In this document: positions 62,001 to 64,000 of the stretch, one piece after another | How the letters are laid out: every line of letters begins with the position of its first letter | How positions within the stretch are numbered: the stretch's first letter is position 1 | Assembly (NCBI GenBank): GCA_964252035.1 | Contig: OZ176209.1 | DNA length: 64,000 nt | Direction: 5' to 3' (one strand) | Origin: Podarcis erhardii | Lineage: Eukaryota | Notes under the pieces: model-generated | Databases searched by the model: none | Told to the model about the DNA's origin: nothing | The model's input: only the letters and a program-made list of their open reading frames with translations | Position numbers and translations under genes: made by a program

Positions 62001-63774
62001 GAGAACCCTGAGTTTCCCCCATGAATTATAGTTCTGTCACATTTGTAGGTGCACCAACTCCAGGATTCCCCCTGTTTGGTGACCTCCTGCAACCCTCAAG
62101 ATGCCAGTTACAGTCAGCTGGAGTCTGCTAAAGTTCTAGATCAGCCTTTGCCAAACTGATGCCCTCTGGGTCTGATGAGCGCTGCAGTCAAATACATCTG
62201 CAGGGCATCAGGTTGGCAGTGGCTGTTTTGGATCAAGCTCTCTGTGGCATGCTATATTGGTAAAGAAGCACATTGCTGAGTTTCTGCAGGCGCCGGAAGC
62301 ATCCGCACTGCAGATAGCTCTTGCCATCTTTAACCCTGACCAACTATGAAGAGTGTAGTTCCTGAAACAGGAATGGCCAGTCTGGTAGGGAGGGATGAAA
62401 GTGAGTTGCATTTTCAGAATTAACCGACTAGCACACAGAGTGTAGACATCACCGGTGCCGGAAAGGTGTGAGGTGCAGTGCAAACAGGACTTTTTAAATC
62501 TTACTTTGCACGCACACCCCCCCCACCTGAAAACACTTACGTTGAAGTGCATATATTGAGCAGGAGGAAGAACACGGCAGTGCATCCCATGGTGATTGTC
62601 AGGCTGAGACGCCTTCCCAGAAAATTGATGCCCAGAATGTTTAGAGGATTTACTGGAAAACAAGAAAGGGGAGAGGGGAGAACGTCAGGCTGCAAAATCA
62701 GATGACCCGACTGAGATATTATGCTGTGTTGATACCTGCCCCACTCCAGCCTCAGGGGAGACACTTTCAACACCTACATGCTTTATTACTTCGCTGTGAT
62801 TACTGGGAATGTTTTGGACATACAGTGGTACCTCGGGTTAAGAACTTAATTCATTCCGGAGGTCCGCTCTTAACCTGAAACTCTTCTTAACCGGAAGCAC
62901 CACTTTAGCTAATGGGGCCTCCTGTTGCCACTGTGCCGCTGCTGCATGATTTCTGTTCTCATCCTGAAGCAAAGTTCTTAACCTGAGGTACTATTTCTGG
63001 ATTAGTGGAGTCTGTAACCTGAAGCATCTGTAACCCGAGGTACCGCTGTATATACCTCACTACCAGAGTTAATGCAGGGGAAAGGAAAAGTGGCAAAAGG
63101 GCCACAGATTTATTTTCTTGAAAGCTCATTAAGAAGAGAAATGGAGACATGGTCCCAGTCACAGTGTCTCTGGCCTAATACTGTGTAAGGGGGGACAGTA
63201 CAAGCTTAAACCAACAATGCTCTGGATTAAAAATGGCCACAACTTTATTGCATAGGCAGCCCTTTAAGCGTTGCAATGATTAGTGAAAATAAAAAGTAAA
63301 TTATCCCTCCCAGTACACTTCCTAAGATTCCTTTGTGTGGGTCTGTAGCTCCTGTTCTGTGACCTTTAGAACAGAGGTGGGGAAGATGTAGCCCTCCAGA
63401 TACTGTTGGACCACAACTCCCATCCTTCCTGACTGCTGCCCATTCTGGCTGGGGCTGATGGGAGCTGGAGTCCAGTATTATCTGGAGGGCCACAGCTTCC
63501 TGCCTCTGCTTTAGAGATTTCCCCACATCCTGTTTTTAAATAGATAGAGCAGGAGACATTACATGCGATCTCTCCAATTGTGCTGATGATCATGATCTGG
63601 TAATCAGAGGGGGCGAAGTGATGACAGAGGCAAGGGCTGTGGGTCTCCTCGGAATAATCCCCCAACTCATCCCCTTTGCTGGTTCCTCCTCCCCCTGTGG
63701 CACAAACCAGATTCTTCTCCAGCAACTCTGCGCTGGCCAGGATGATACCATAATAAGCAAAGGATATCCCAAGC
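55955..63774 (-). CDS. SVOPL: SVOPL (SVOP-like MFS transporter), 3' part; upstream exons lie beyond the window, terminal micro-exon unresolved
   Basis: Five minus-strand GT-AG exons in phase: 63563-63774, 62541-62652, 58203-58284, 56980-57069, 55955-56068. Peptides match the recalled SVOPL C-terminal half. Confidence 0.92.
56980..57069 (-). CDS. SVOPL: SVOPL exon
   Basis: VYPTIMRAVGLGTSGSVCRIGAMVAPFIAQ|gtaaga; 90 nt. Confidence 0.92.
58203..58284 (-). CDS. SVOPL: SVOPL exon
   Basis: SGLIGFLFMLRALVSANFNTIYIYTAE|gtgaga; 82 nt. Confidence 0.92.
58888..59023. mobile_element. Palindromic hAT MITE (136 bp)
   Basis: CAGGCTTCCTCAAACT ... AGTTTGAGGAAGCCTG; 8-bp flanks gttcatat / gtttaaat (6/8). Confidence 0.8.
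59170..59332 (-). mobile_element. Short tRNA-derived SINE (Squam2/3-like), degenerate
   Basis: Minus strand GGCCATAGCTCAGAG (A box) ... GGTTCAATTCC (B box). Confidence 0.55.
59915..60352 (+). mobile_element. BovB (RTE) 3' fragment with a small internal deletion
   Basis: AMVFPVVMYGSESWTMKKADRRRIDAFELWCWRR...KTLMLGKIEG..RGRQRMRWLD; (CAA)n tail; 12-bp TSD aaagctttgatg (59903-14, 60353-64). Confidence 0.9.
60845..61174 (-). mobile_element. Sauria SINE
   Basis: Same head and tail as the 14707 and 23523 copies. Confidence 0.9.
62541..62652 (-). CDS. SVOPL: SVOPL exon
   Basis: (L)NPLNILGINFLGRRLSLTITMGCTAVFFLLLNICTS(T)|gtaagt; 112 nt. Confidence 0.92.
62823..63048. mobile_element. Tigger-like MITE, family A
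   Basis: TA|CAGTGGTACCTCGGGTTA ... TAACCCGAGGTACCGCTG|TA. Confidence 0.9.
63372..63508. mobile_element. Palindromic hAT MITE, 54 bp from an SVOPL donor site
   Basis: CAGAGG ... CCTCTG ends; 8-bp TSD ctttagaa / ctttagag (7/8). Confidence 0.75.
63563..63774 (-). CDS. SVOPL: SVOPL exon
   Basis: catag|G CTT GGG: (W)LGISFAYYGIILASAELLEKNLVC...FAPSDYQIMIISTIGEIA T|gtaatg; 212 nt. Confidence 0.92.
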
Positions 63775-64000
63775 CTATGAAAAAGAGGGGGAAATGTTAG
63801 AAAGGAGAGCAACCGAGGGCATTGGCGACAGCATTTCAGCCAGTTAATAACACACAGAGCTTGACTACTGTGGGATCTGAAAATAATTGCAATTCATAAA
63901 ACAGCTCTGTGCTATAATATGGAAACAAGGCCTGCTATTAAATTACACCTCTGGAGCACTTTTCAACAATTACAAATAAATCCTAGTTTCATTGAAGTAG

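Overview
Eukaryotic (squamate, lacertid-like lizard) genomic DNA; not prokaryotic. It contains the complete 19-exon TRIM24 (TIF1-alpha) gene on + (CDS 2024..50279, 3132 nt, 1043 aa; every junction reconstructed as GT-AG with consistent phase) behind a CpG-island promoter. The 3' part of SVOPL lies tail-to-tail on - (five exons, 55955..63774; the terminal micro-exon is unresolved). Introns are packed with transposable elements: a full-length young L1 (16-bp TSD, one ORF1 frameshift, one ORF2 nonsense) inserted into the left terminus of a Chapaev3 DNA transposon, a triple-nested RTE-like/Tigger-like/Sauria-SINE cluster, two solo LTRs, and fragments of CR1, L2, BovB and several MITE families. The best leads are: (1) a solo LTR carrying a ~218-aa acidic/Arg-rich ORF with a Rev-like motif, broken by one base in a G run; (2) a candidate HDV-like self-cleaving ribozyme in the RTE-like fragment, sense to the TRIM24 pre-mRNA; (3) a duplicated exon-10 acceptor that creates a poison splice site; (4) an intron-like segment in the L1 5'UTR; (5) the TRIM24 nuclear-receptor box reading LxxML rather than LxxLL. 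Family names and human comparisons come from recalled consensus features, not from database searches.
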